The notes below the pieces were generated by a model. The model did not search any database, was not told where the DNA came from, and worked only from the letters and a program-made list of their open reading frames with translations. A DNA stretch of 64,000 nucleotides, taken from contig OZ241865.1 of the NCBI GenBank assembly GCA_965203275.1, forward strand, positions 192,001-256,000, written 5' to 3'. Shown here in pieces: positions 1 to 10,158 of the stretch (positions within the stretch are counted from its first letter, which is position 1; every line of letters starts with the position of its first letter). This DNA comes from Bdellovibrionales bacterium (GTDB lineage Bacteria > Bdellovibrionota > Bdellovibrionia > Bdellovibrionales > JAUICD01). A program made the translations under genes and the position numbers.

Positions 1-686
1 CCGCAGGTATTGAAGTCAGTGTTGCAAGTACAAAAGCTTTTACAAATACACTAGCTATTGGTAATGTGCTGGCTTTTGGATTGCAAAGGCTTTCCCATCA
101 TGCAAGTCAGAAGTATCTTCATTGTGAAGCAGACTTTTGCAAAGCCTTAAAGCTTCTACCTACACAAATACAACAAGTTTTATATTTTAGCTTGATTTTT
201 AAAAAAATGGCACAGCAGATCAAAGAGAGCCAAAATGTGTTGTTTATGGGGAGAGGTTTAAGCTTCCCTATTGCCCTTGAAGGAGCTTTAAAGCTTAAGG
301 AACTGGCTTATTTGCATGTAGAAGGTTATGCAGCAGGAGAGATGAAGCATGGTCCTATCGCACTGGTAGATCACAACACAAGTATTGTGGTGTTGGTTCC
401 CAAAAATGATCTTTATGAAAAAACAAAAAACAATCTTGAGGAAGTGAGGGTACGAGGTGGAAAGATTATTGAAGTGACAACAAGATCAGATCAGGATTTA
501 AGAGAAAAACAAGCAAACGATTTTGCTGATTGTGGCATTTATCCTATTTTGCCAAAAGCTCATTGGGCAACTGGTTTGATTTTAGAGACTGTTATTGTGC
601 AGATGGTTGCTTACTCTGTTGCATGTCTTTTAGGACATAATGTGGATCGCCCTCGCAATCTTGCCAAATCAGTGACAGTAGAATAA
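1..686 (+). CDS. glmS: Glutamine--fructose-6-phosphate aminotransferase, C-terminal part (gene starts before the window)
   Basis: ALEGALKLKELAYLHVEGYAAGEMKHGPIAL and C-terminal DRPRNLAKSVTVE; upstream in-frame AGIEVSVASTKAFT. Confidence 0.97.
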   Translation, partial: AGIEVSVASTKAFTNTLAIGNVLAFGLQRLSHHASQKYLHCEADFCKALKLLPTQIQQVLYFSLIFKKMAQQIKESQNVLFMGRGLSFPIALEGALKLKELAYLHVEGYAAGEMKHGPIALVDHNTSIVVLVPKNDLYEKTKNNLEEVRVRGGKIIEVTTRSDQDLREKQANDFADCGIYPILPKAHWATGLILETVIVQMVAYSVACLLGHNVDRPRNLAKSVTVE

Positions 687-725
687 TAAAAGTTGAAGGT
701 TTGGAGGTTTGAAGGTTTGGAGGTT

Positions 726-799
726 TGGAGGTGACGGCCGGATTCGAACCGACGTCCAAGGTTTTGCAGACCTCTGCCTAACCACTTGGCTACGCCACC
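726..799 (-). tRNA. tRNA-Cys (GCA)
   Basis: Reverse complement GGTGGCGTAGCCAAGTGG...CTGCAAA...GGTTCGAATCC...CACCTCCA; cloverleaf, encoded CCA. Confidence 0.95.
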
Positions 800-1093
800 T
801 ACATTCATTTATCATCTCACAAAAAAAGCCTTTTTCATAGTCTGATTATGTAAAATTTTCACGATGCAATTAAAAACCCTATAATCTTTATAATGAGGTC
901 ATTTTTTCCTTGCAATGAATAAAAAAATAGTGTAAAAGTATCTTACATTCTTTAGGGCATTATGTATATGATGCTAGTGAGATGGAGTGAAATGGAGTTT
1001 TAAATTAAGTAAAAAAGATTTATTTGGATAAATAATTCGGTAAAGTTTAGATAAATTTAGATAAGTTAGATAAAGAAAAAAGCGAGGACTTTA

Positions 1094-1762
1094 ATGGAAA
1101 CTTCAAAATACTTTAATTATTTTTTATTTGTATTGATTGTTTTATTGATCGGTGATGTTTATGCTCAAGTAGTAGCTAGACCTAGGCCAGCAAGACCAGC
1201 ACCAGCACCTGTTCCAGGGTTGCCAGGGTTGCAAGCACCTAATATTATGATGACAAGACCACCAAATGCTCAGTGGCCTCAGTGGCAAAGTCGAATTTTA
1301 GAAACACCAGGACTGCCATCTAGGCAATCTACAAGAAACCAAGATTCGGGGCGATCAAATATAAATATTCAGAGAAGTCTTACAAATACACTTTCATCAT
1401 TGGGATATAGTAATGAAACTATTGAAAAGATCACCACATTAGAAAATCAAAATGATCTGCAAGCTATGGAAGCTGCTTTCAATGCACTAAGTGCTGAAAT
1501 GCGAAGTGGAAAAACTTTAAGACCAGATCAAGAAAGGCTTCGCGATCATCTTGTGCATTTTTTAGAAGTAGGTGGACAACATAGGTTTATACCACAAGCT
1601 ATTGAGAATTTACCAAATTATTCTGAAAGAGAGACTGCGACCTTTATACAGGCTATCAATCAAGCACGTGCAAGGACAGGAGAAAACATTCGTCAATTGG
1701 GTGCAGCCTTAGATCTAGAATTATTTCGTAAGGGTTATCGATTGAGCCAACAATGTCTCTAG
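1094..1762 (+). CDS. Secreted hypothetical protein with Pro-rich N-terminus
   Basis: GAGG RBS, signal-peptide-like start ending VYA, 222-aa ORF. Confidence 0.7.
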   Translation: METSKYFNYFLFVLIVLLIGDVYAQVVARPRPARPAPAPVPGLPGLQAPNIMMTRPPNAQWPQWQSRILETPGLPSRQSTRNQDSGRSNINIQRSLTNTLSSLGYSNETIEKITTLENQNDLQAMEAAFNALSAEMRSGKTLRPDQERLRDHLVHFLEVGGQHRFIPQAIENLPNYSERETATFIQAINQARARTGENIRQLGAALDLELFRKGYRLSQQCL

Positions 1763-1880
1763 CCAACAATGTCTCTAAGAGGCTATTTTACATCATTTTT
1801 CATCATCATTTTACTCAATAATGTATAGCTTTCTATATCAAGGCTTTATTGATAAAATTAAAAAAAATATTTCACTAGGA

Positions 1881-1992
1881 ATTCTACCAAAATTTAAAAA
1901 TTCAAACTTGCAAATCTCTTTAACACCTATAAATAACACATTCTCAAAAAAAAGCTATCCACATTCGCAAATCAACTATCAAACCTAGGATT
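1881..1992. repeat. Diverged ~110-bp repeat also at ~56284-56395; IS-end-like remnant
   Basis: Shared AACACCTATAAATAA...CATTCT...GCAAATCAACT(A/G)TCAAAC..AGG. Confidence 0.55.
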
Positions 1993-1999
1993 TGATTTG

Positions 2000-2210
2000 C
2001 ACTAAAAGTAAACTAGCCTCTGGCTGTTTTTGGGCAATCAGCCCGACGGCACTCGCCTTCGATCAAAGGCTGATTGCCTCAAAAATCCGTTTATTTTTAG
2101 TAGGAAGAATCCTCTTGTCTCTTTACACGATGTTAAGGAAAAAGTATTTCTTACACCTGCTTGCCCAACTGCCGGGTTGCCGGATCCCGGATGAACAGCA
2201 TGTTAAGGAA
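2000..2210 (+). repeat. Branched-hairpin REP/MITE-like element (family A) plus GATCC-rich motif
   Basis: ACTAAAAGTAAAC..GTTTATTTTTAGT outer stem, TAGCC-TCT-GGCTG side hairpin, GGCAATCAGCC/GGCTGATTGCC inner stem. Confidence 0.85.
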
Positions 2211-2318
2211 AAATTTACTTATAAAAAACTATTCCTTATAAAAAACTATGGAAATATAGAGTTTTAGAAAAATTAGGCCGGGGGCTTTGGACTTACTTAA
2301 GGATAAATAAAATTGGTA

Positions 2319-3725
2319 TTATTCTGTAGCTCCGGCCTCTTTTAATAACATTACAATTTCAGTATGGCCTTTATCACTAGCATACATTAAAGCCGTCCAG
2401 CCTTCATTGTTTTGATGATTGACGTCAGCTCCGGTCTCTAGCAATAGCCTTACAATACCATTTTCTAGCAATAACCTTACAATTTCTATATGGCCTTCAC
2501 GACTAGCATATATTAAAGCCGTATTGCCACCTTTGTCTTGATGATTGACGTTAGCTCCGGCCGCTAGCAATAACCTTACAATATCAATATGATTATTCTC
2601 ACTAGCCAACATTAGAGCCGTCCAGCCATCATTGTTTTGAATATCAGTATTAGTAGTAGCATAGTCGGCCACTAGCAATAGTCTTACAATATCAATATGG
2701 TTATTCTCACTAGCCAACATTAAAGCCGTCCAACCTCTTTTGTTTTGATGATTGACGTCCGCTCCGGCCGCTAGCAATAGCCTTACAATCTTAATATAAT
2801 TATTCCCACTAGCCAACATTAAAGCAGTATAGCCATCTTCGTCTTGATAAATGACTCTAGCTCCGGCCTCTAGCAATACCTTTACAATCTTTATGTTACC
2901 AACTCGGATTGCTAACATTAAAGCCGTCCAGCCTTTTTTGTCTCGAAGATTGACGTCAGCTCTAAACTCTAGCAATAGTCTTACAATATCAATATGATTA
3001 TTCTCACTAGCAAACATTAAAGCCGTCCAGCCTTCATTGTTTTGATGATTGACGTCAGCGGCCTCTAGCAATAGTCTTACAATCAATAGCCTTACTACAA
3101 TCTTAATATGATTATTCCCACTAGCCAACATTAAAGCTGTCCAGCCTTTTTTGTTTTGATGATTGACGTTAGCTCTAAACTCTAGCAATAACCTTACAAT
3201 ATCAATATGATTATTCTCACTAGCCACCACCAACATTAAAGCCGTCCAGCCTTCATTGTTTTGATGATTGACGTTAGCTCCGTAAGCTAGCAATAGCTTT
3301 ATAATCTCTATGTTACCAACTCGGACTGCTTCCATTAAAGCCGTATTGCCATCTTCGTCTTGAAGATTGACTTTAGCTCTAAAGTCTATCAATAACCTTA
3401 CAATTTCTATATGGCCTTGACGACTAGCCAACATTAAAGCCGTCCAGCCTTCATTGTTTTGATGATCGACGTTAGCTCCGGCCTCTAGCAATTTCTTTAT
3501 CAATCTAGTACGGCCACCGGCACGAACAAGATTTAATAAAGCATTACTTAGCTTCAATAATTGACTCTCACTTAAGGACTCTTTAATAACCTTTTGTTTG
3601 GAATTTGGCATAAGGAATTTAGCACAAGTCTCCCATAGGTCCATAGGACCCATAGATAGAGAATTACTAGGAACAAGCAAAGCAATAAATAGGATAAAAA
3701 TATATTTTTTCATTTGTACCTTCAT
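2319..3725 (-). CDS. Secreted ankyrin-repeat protein (about 11 repeats; likely start 3713)
   Basis: Repeated GWTALMLAS..H.DIVRLLL.AGA.VN.Q; signal peptide MKKYIFILFIALL. Confidence 0.95.
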   Translation of the reverse strand: MKVQMKKYIFILFIALLVPSNSLSMGPMDLWETCAKFLMPNSKQKVIKESLSESQLLKLSNALLNLVRAGGRTRLIKKLLEAGANVDHQNNEGWTALMLASRQGHIEIVRLLIDFRAKVNLQDEDGNTALMEAVRVGNIEIIKLLLAYGANVNHQNNEGWTALMLVVASENNHIDIVRLLLEFRANVNHQNKKGWTALMLASGNNHIKIVVRLLIVRLLLEAADVNHQNNEGWTALMFASENNHIDIVRLLLEFRADVNLRDKKGWTALMLAIRVGNIKIVKVLLEAGARVIYQDEDGYTALMLASGNNYIKIVRLLLAAGADVNHQNKRGWTALMLASENNHIDIVRLLLVADYATTNTDIQNNDGWTALMLASENNHIDIVRLLLAAGANVNHQDKGGNTALIYASREGHIEIVRLLLENGIVRLLLETGADVNHQNNEGWTALMYASDKGHTEIVMLLKEAGATE

Positions 3726-4173
3726 TTGATTTTTTGATTTTATAACAACACATATTTAAAAAGTCAAGTATGGATTATAAAAAACTATGGAATGCAGGAT
3801 TTTTGAAAATTTGGACAGAACTTAACTATTTTTTGAGAATTTTTTAAGAAATATCAGTAACTTGTATCAAAATGATACAAAAAGTTAAGAAATCGTTTTA
3901 AGGTGATACAAGGTGATACAAAAAAAGAGCTACCGAAGTGTTCTTAGCTTAAAGGCAAATAAGACTTTACCTACTGAAATCTCACAACTTTATTTTTGCA
4001 AGCTATCAAATTGCAAGCTATCAAACTCAGGACTCAGAACTTAAGTGACCAACCTTGAAAACCACGAAGACAGTACTTTCAGGATATTTCTTAATGGAAA
4101 TAGAGAATCGGCTAAAGCGATATTTTAATATAGAGATAATAGTAAGTAGAGGAAGGTGAGATCGTTAAATAGC

Positions 4174-5166
4174 TTAAACTTTATTACGTTGTGATAGAGT
4201 TTTTTGAAAAGCAGAGGGCAGAGTATGATTTACACTTCTGTCAAATTCTACAAGTCTGTGTTTAGCAATGGGAGTTAAGTCTTTAGGAATGTCAATATGT
4301 ATATTAATAAATAAATCGCCTAGTTCATTTGAGATTTTAAAACCTTCTCCTTTTAAATATAAAACAGTGCCATGCTTTGTGATAGGTGGGATTGTCAAAT
4401 TGTGAACTCCTCTTAATGTAGGTATTTTAATTTTAGCTCCCATCACAGCTTGTCGATAGGATATAGGCAGGTCTAAATAAGCATGGTGGCCTTTGACTTT
4501 AAATAGGTCATGTGTGAGTACATTGATCACAACCAAAAGATCACCAAAAAGACCTACACCTTCATCACCCTCCCCTTTCAATCGAAGCTGTTTCCCTTTT
4601 GTGACTCCAGCAGGGACTTTGATTCTCAGTGTAGCAGATTCATTTTTATTTTTACGCTTCCGAATAAAAGTAATTATTTTTTCACATCCATCACATATCT
4701 CTTCAAAAGTGAGGTTGAGTTGATATTTAAGATGACGACCTTGTTTAACCTTTTTACTTATATAAGTTTGTGTTTGGTTACGGGTTTTCATTGTTTGTGT
4801 GATAGTTTCTTCGGTTGCATTGTTAAAAACATTTTTAACAAGGTCTTGAAAAGAACTCTTCCCTGTTGTTTTTTGAGATTTTTTTTTGCCTTTTGTCTTT
4901 GAGTGATGGGCTTTAGCTTCCGTAGCTTGCTTTTTTTGTCGCTTTTGATACATTTCATCGTATTCACGTTTGAGTAAAGGGTTAGTAAGCAGTTTATAAG
5001 ATTCTGTCACTTGCCTAAAAAGATATTCTGCTGTTTTTTTATTTTGATCGGTATTTTTATCAGGATGATATTTATGAGCTAATTTACGATAGGCTCGTTT
5101 AATTTCGGCATGATCCGAGTTAAAAGGGATATTTAAAGTTTTGTAGTGATCTTTCCATTTTTTCAT
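4174..5166 (-). CDS. DnaJ/CbpA-type J-domain co-chaperone lacking the zinc finger
   Basis: AYRKLAHKYHPDKN J-domain; DnaJ_C motifs LRLKGEG, GDL. Confidence 0.92.
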   Translation of the reverse strand: MKKWKDHYKTLNIPFNSDHAEIKRAYRKLAHKYHPDKNTDQNKKTAEYLFRQVTESYKLLTNPLLKREYDEMYQKRQKKQATEAKAHHSKTKGKKKSQKTTGKSSFQDLVKNVFNNATEETITQTMKTRNQTQTYISKKVKQGRHLKYQLNLTFEEICDGCEKIITFIRKRKNKNESATLRIKVPAGVTKGKQLRLKGEGDEGVGLFGDLLVVINVLTHDLFKVKGHHAYLDLPISYRQAVMGAKIKIPTLRGVHNLTIPPITKHGTVLYLKGEGFKISNELGDLFINIHIDIPKDLTPIAKHRLVEFDRSVNHTLPSAFQKTLSQRNKV

Positions 5167-5185
5167 TATGACTCTAGTTCAAAAG

Positions 5186-5995
5186 CTAAGGTGATGGAAT
5201 AATTGTTTCAGTCTTTTCTTCTGAAGATAAAGATTCTTGAGAAGTTTTAGATTCTGGATTGGCTTGTGCTACAATCACTTGTCCAAAACGAATGACTTTA
5301 TCATGCATTTTATAAGGTTTTTTTATCACTTGGCTTATATGTTCTGGAGGAACTTTGTCGCTTGGTTCTTTACTCAAAGCATCACATAAATGAGGATTAA
5401 AGTGCTGACCTAAAACAGAGACTGCTATTACGTTGTGTTTTTTAAGAGCATCTATAAAAGCAGAGTGTACCATTTTAATACCATCAGAAAAACTTTGAAC
5501 ATTTTGAGGATCTATTTTAAAAGATAAAACCCTTTCAAGTGTATCTACTACATCTAAAACCTCTATAGCTAAAGGCTCACAAGCATATTTTAAAAAATTA
5601 GCTTTTTCAGAGCTTGTTCTTTTTTTATAGTTTTCAAATTCTGCTTTTAAGTATAAAAGATTTTTTTTGTATTGGTCTCGCTCTGTTTGACATTGATGAA
5701 GTTCTTTTTTGTAATGCTCAAGTTCTTTGAGGGCTTGAGTATCAGGTTGTTCTTTTGGATGTTTTGCCTGAGATGCAAGTTTATGTGCTATTTTATCTTG
5801 TATTTTGTGATATGATTTTTTTGATTTGTGAGGTGAATGATGAGGTTTATGTTTATCTGAAACTTTATGCTTGCGTGACTGTTTTTTAAAAGCATGTTGT
5901 CTATGAGAATCAGATCTAGGCATTGATGTATGATGTGATTTATGTTGATTTTGTTTGGTTTTAGATTGTGTTTTGTTTTTTAATTGATTGTTCAT
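5186..5995 (-). CDS. grpE: Nucleotide exchange factor GrpE with long His/Lys-rich N-terminal extension
   Basis: AEFENYKKR, FNPHLCDAL, YKMHDKVIRFGQV; adjacent to dnaJ-like gene. Confidence 0.93.
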   Translation of the reverse strand: MNNQLKNKTQSKTKQNQHKSHHTSMPRSDSHRQHAFKKQSRKHKVSDKHKPHHSPHKSKKSYHKIQDKIAHKLASQAKHPKEQPDTQALKELEHYKKELHQCQTERDQYKKNLLYLKAEFENYKKRTSSEKANFLKYACEPLAIEVLDVVDTLERVLSFKIDPQNVQSFSDGIKMVHSAFIDALKKHNVIAVSVLGQHFNPHLCDALSKEPSDKVPPEHISQVIKKPYKMHDKVIRFGQVIVAQANPESKTSQESLSSEEKTETIIPSP

Positions 5996-6447
5996 CTCAA
6001 CCTCTTTGTTTTTTTGTTTTAGAAATAAGTTTTATGATCATTCGTATTTTAATGTTTTAATGTACTTTTTAATAATATAAATAATATCTTAGTGAAAAAT
6101 CAAGCTGTTTCCTTTTAAGATGACTGTCAAAAATAAAAATAAGTGATTTCAATAGGTTACATACGCACTGAGATATATTCTGTGACTATAAATAGAGTTT
6201 TAAGATCAAATAAAAAATCTTTTAAAAAGCCATGATCTTAATTGTTTTATACTTTTAAACTTTGCTTTAAAGATTTGAGGCCTCATTATAAGCAATAGTA
6301 TTTGATTGAGATCATAATCAATGATATAGTGATGAGGTATGTTTTTATTAAGTTAAGATTAAGATAAACTTAATGGAATTATGGAAGATAAAGTTTTTAA
6401 AAATTCTCCATAACCATATCTCCATAGCTATAAAAAGGAGCTTGAAT

Positions 6448-8037
6448 ATGACAGAGCAGGAACACAATCAATCGAAGATAAATACTCAACCGTCCTTGGT
6501 TGGAAAGCCTGAGTTAGAAATTAAGGTATCTAATTTTGGTCCTATCACAAAAGGTCAGGTATGTTTTAAGCCTCTGACGATCTTTGCTGGCCCTAGCAAT
6601 ACAGGCAAATCTTGTATGGGCAAATTATTTTATAGTTTTTTAAAGGCCTCTACAGATCCTTCCCTATTAAAGCCCAACACAACTCAAGAAATCCTATCTA
6701 GTGATAAATTAAAAAGCTTTTTAAAAAAAGAAAATATCACTATCAATGAGGTACTTAGAAATGATAAGAAGTTCTGCCAAATGCTAAAAAATTGCATTGA
6801 ATCTCAAAGGCTTAATAATTTTTTTCGTCACTTTCTTATGGAGGAATATGGGAAAAAAGTACTGATCAATAAGATGTATCAATGCTTAGGAAATATGCAT
6901 GATCTGATCAAAAGTCCTAAGCAAGATAACTTAGCCATCACACTAAGTGGTACTATGAGTGATAAAAAAAAGAAGATAATCTGTTTAGAGATGTCAGGTA
7001 AAAGTAGGACAGAAGGTAAGATAAACATCGATGAAGGTTTTACAGACTTTGCAAATAAAGCAGTATTTCAATTTCATTCAGATCATTTTTTAGAAAGTTC
7101 TTTCATACCTGCTTTAAAAAAAACTTATGAACAAGATAGTAGCTTTTGGAATCAAAGTATAGGTATAGAGACATTTTTAGAAAAATTTAATAGAGATTTC
7201 TTAACTTATTGTTATTATTTAGAAAGCAGTTTTTTTAGATTTTTTCTTAATGCTAAAGATCCTTATTATCTTCCTTCTTCACGTACTGGTTTGATACAAA
7301 CTCATCCACTCATTGTTGGGCAGGCCATTCAAAATCTAGCAAAAAAAGATATTCGGGGTCCTAGATCTATCAGTGGTGATATGGCTGATCTTTTAGATAA
7401 ACTTGTTAAGATAGATATAGATAATAAGAGTTCTCATGAAGTACTTCAAGTTGTAAATGATTTTGAAAAAAATACTTTAAAGGGGAAAATAGAAGTTATT
7501 TTGAATCCTATAAATTACCCTCATTTTGTTTTCAAACAAGAAGATATTACTTTTGATATGTTACAATCATCTTCTATGGTTACAGAAATGGCTCCTCTTG
7601 TTTTGCTTTTAAAATATTATATCAAGCCCGGGGACACTCTGATCATTGATGAACCAGAAGCTCATTTGCACCCGCAAGCTCAGGTAGATGTTACTAAAAT
7701 GCTTGTAGCACTTGTTAAAAAAGGAGTCAATGTGGTGATCACCACTCATAGTGAGAAATTATTAACACAAATAGAAGATTATCGAATGATTGACAATGTT
7801 GCAAAAGAAAAAAGACAAAAAATCATGGGTAGTCAATACTCTCTGACTGAGGATGACCTTGCTGTTTATCATTTCAAACCACAATCACAAAAAGATGTCA
7901 TTATTGAAAAAGTTCCATTTGATCATGAAGATGGTTTTTCTATAGAAGACCATGATGATGTCAGTACAATGCTTTATGATCAGACAATGGATATTTACAG
8001 TGAAAGTCACAAGAAAGATGAAAAAACCTCAGCATAA
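6448..8037 (+). CDS. ABC/AAA-family ATPase (AAA_15/AAA_21-like), probable defence-associated
   Basis: NFGPI, Walker A GPSNTGKS, SSMV signature, IIDEPEAHLHP, TTHS; AAGGAG RBS before ATG 6448 (ORF open from 6373). Confidence 0.88.
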   Translation: MTEQEHNQSKINTQPSLVGKPELEIKVSNFGPITKGQVCFKPLTIFAGPSNTGKSCMGKLFYSFLKASTDPSLLKPNTTQEILSSDKLKSFLKKENITINEVLRNDKKFCQMLKNCIESQRLNNFFRHFLMEEYGKKVLINKMYQCLGNMHDLIKSPKQDNLAITLSGTMSDKKKKIICLEMSGKSRTEGKINIDEGFTDFANKAVFQFHSDHFLESSFIPALKKTYEQDSSFWNQSIGIETFLEKFNRDFLTYCYYLESSFFRFFLNAKDPYYLPSSRTGLIQTHPLIVGQAIQNLAKKDIRGPRSISGDMADLLDKLVKIDIDNKSSHEVLQVVNDFEKNTLKGKIEVILNPINYPHFVFKQEDITFDMLQSSSMVTEMAPLVLLLKYYIKPGDTLIIDEPEAHLHPQAQVDVTKMLVALVKKGVNVVITTHSEKLLTQIEDYRMIDNVAKEKRQKIMGSQYSLTEDDLAVYHFKPQSQKDVIIEKVPFDHEDGFSIEDHDDVSTMLYDQTMDIYSESHKKDEKTSA

Positions 8038-8536
8038 AACAATCTCTGATTTATTTGAAGAGCTTAACATTTCTCATCAAGGTCCTAGGATCATTAAAAC
8101 AGGTCGAGGAAAGAAAAAATGTTTAGTTGATTTTGAAAACATTCAAAATAGTGTTGCGGTAGATATAGATAAAGAAATCAAGGATAATTCAAAAATCCAA
8201 TGCAAAGGCAAAAGATGCGATTTTGTTTTGTGGGTTGATAAAAAATTCTTAGTTTTTATAGAGGCTAAAGGGGGCCGTGCTAGGTATGATGCTATAGAAC
8301 AATTTAAAGACACATTTCATTGGCTGAAAAGTCGAGGAATATTGTTAGAAAAGAAGTGTGTATTTCTACTTATCGGTAAAATAAAATCTTCTTCTGGCTT
8401 TAAAGAGAGAGCTAAAAACTTTATTAACAACAATCAAAGTTTTATAATGGAAGATAAGACAATTCATCGTATCGACTGTGGTGCTTCTATCTATAAATAT
8501 CTTAAAGACAACAGTTATATTGAGTTGAAGTCTTAG
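8018..8536 (+). CDS. Small putative PD-(D/E)xK nuclease-fold protein coupled to the ATPase
   Basis: RCDFVLW...FIEAKG...AIEQ motif; overlaps the ATPase stop (ORF open from 7952). Confidence 0.6.
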   Translation: MKKPQHKTISDLFEELNISHQGPRIIKTGRGKKKCLVDFENIQNSVAVDIDKEIKDNSKIQCKGKRCDFVLWVDKKFLVFIEAKGGRARYDAIEQFKDTFHWLKSRGILLEKKCVFLLIGKIKSSSGFKERAKNFINNNQSFIMEDKTIHRIDCGASIYKYLKDNSYIELKS

Positions 8537-8547
8537 AGATTGAGAGT

Positions 8548-9171
8548 CTAATAAGTAGCTTTTGTAGCACCGGCCTTTTTTAAGAGTCTTATCATCTCAG
8601 TATTGTGATTATTTTCAGCAAAATTTAAAGCCGTCCATCTTAATATTTTTATATTGACGTCCACTCCATCGGCCTCTAGTAATACCCTTACATGCTCAGT
8701 ATAGTTAAATCTACAGGCATTTATTAAAGCCGTCCAGCCTTCATTGTTTTGATGATTGACGTCAGCTCCAGCTACTAGCAACATCCTTATAATATCAGAA
8801 AAATCAGAATGAGTTTTGTTCGCCATATCACCGAAGAAATCTCCAGTACTAGCGAATATTAAAGCCGTCCAGCCATCTTGGTCTTGAAGATTTGGATCTG
8901 CATTGTTCCTTAGCAATAGCTCTACAATCTTAGTACGGTTATACACACTAGCCAACATTAAAGCTGTCCTGCCATTTTTGTCTTGAAGATTGACGTTTGC
9001 ACCAGCTTCTATCAATTGCTTTACAGTTTCAAGCTGGCTTTCCTTAATAGCTGTTTTCATCCTTGTATATATCACTTCGTCAGATAACATAAGACTTTCA
9101 GCACAAGCCCATAAAGAATCACTAGCAGTAAGCAAAATAATAAATAAGATAAAAATATATTTTTTTGTCAT
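8548..9171 (-). CDS. Secreted ankyrin-repeat protein
   Basis: GRTALMLAS/GWTAL repeats; same signal peptide type as 2319..3725. Confidence 0.92.
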   Translation of the reverse strand: MTKKYIFILFIILLTASDSLWACAESLMLSDEVIYTRMKTAIKESQLETVKQLIEAGANVNLQDKNGRTALMLASVYNRTKIVELLLRNNADPNLQDQDGWTALIFASTGDFFGDMANKTHSDFSDIIRMLLVAGADVNHQNNEGWTALINACRFNYTEHVRVLLEADGVDVNIKILRWTALNFAENNHNTEMIRLLKKAGATKATY

Positions 9172-9217
9172 TTCTTAATTCCTTACACCATTTTTAGTGA
9201 AACAAATGAGTATGTTG

Positions 9218-9811
9218 TCAATGGGAGAAAATATTGGAGCCATTACATGTGAACTCTGTTAGACAGAGTGACATATTACCGATCACATTTGTGCGAAAGA
9301 TTTTAGCATTGCCCCAGACTCGAGCATAGTCATGGACTATAGCAAAGTCATAGACTCTAGCATTAGCAGAGACTGTAGCATTGTCAAAGACTCTAGCATA
9401 GCCAAAGACCTGAGCATTGCCAGAAACCTTAGCATTGCCGAAGACCCAAGCATTGCCATGGATCTTAGCATTGTCAGAGACCCTAGCATAGCCAAAGATT
9501 CTAGCCTCGTCATAGACCTCAGCTTCACCATAGACCTTAGCATTGCCATGGAGCTGAGCATTACCAGAGACTCTAGCATAGCCAAAGACTTGAGCTTTGT
9601 CATAAACCTGAGCATGATCGCAAACAGCAGTATGTCGTCCTACATAAGCTGTATCCTCTACAAAAGCTGTATTTGCTACAAACCCACCACCATGATCATG
9701 GTAACGGCCTTGAACACCTTCGCCACAAGGTTCGTCTGCTAAAGCAAATACGCTCAATGACATACTCAATAAACATACTATTATCATTACATTTACATTT
9801 ATAAAATTCAT
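9218..9811 (-). CDS. Secreted hexapeptide-repeat (left-handed beta-helix) protein
   Basis: V.G.A./VYD.A hexapeptide repeats, GGFVANTAFV motif, signal peptide. Confidence 0.85.
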   Translation of the reverse strand: MNFINVNVMIIVCLLSMSLSVFALADEPCGEGVQGRYHDHGGGFVANTAFVEDTAYVGRHTAVCDHAQVYDKAQVFGYARVSGNAQLHGNAKVYGEAEVYDEARIFGYARVSDNAKIHGNAWVFGNAKVSGNAQVFGYARVFDNATVSANARVYDFAIVHDYARVWGNAKIFRTNVIGNMSLCLTEFTCNGSNIFSH

Positions 9812-9954
9812 GAGTTTTCTTCCTTATACTTTATTCATAATAATTGTTTCTTACATAGACATAGTTCAATGGAGTTTATACACCTATTAATATCCCTTGT
9901 CAATATATTTTTTAAAAAAAATCTATTTATATTTTTAATAAAAATTATTTATAT

Positions 9955-10012
9955 AAAGAAGTGATTCCAAAAGCAATGGAAAATGGAATAAAAGTAATAA
10001 TCACAGAAACAA
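9955..10012. repeat. 58-bp direct-repeat copy of an internal segment of the yejE-like gene (11646-11703)
   Basis: AAAGAAGTGATTCCAAAAGCAATGGAAAATGG...CACAGAAACAA, 2 mismatches. Confidence 0.9.
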
Positions 10013-10158
10013 GCTGGAAACACTTTGACTTTAATACAATTTAAATATTATGGTCTATTTTAATAAATGTTATAGGCTGTTGAAATATTAATTTTTATTT
10101 TTATCACTAGATTTTATCATAAAACAATATACATAAAACAATATACAATATACAAAGG

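Noticed and set aside
611..808. 65-aa minus-strand ORF
   Set aside because: Spurious translation of tRNA-Cys and antisense glmS
1992..2267. ORFs over hairpin elements (also 32624, 53733, 61436, 61479, 61713, 62185)
   Set aside because: They are translations of the non-coding repeat families; frames are not conserved between copies
9332..9742. Antisense or alternative-frame repetitive ORFs (also 9337, 18969, 19039, 19768, 19838, 41069, 54073, 54179, 54253, 58485-60830)
   Set aside because: Shadow ORFs caused by repeat periodicity or codon bias of real genes
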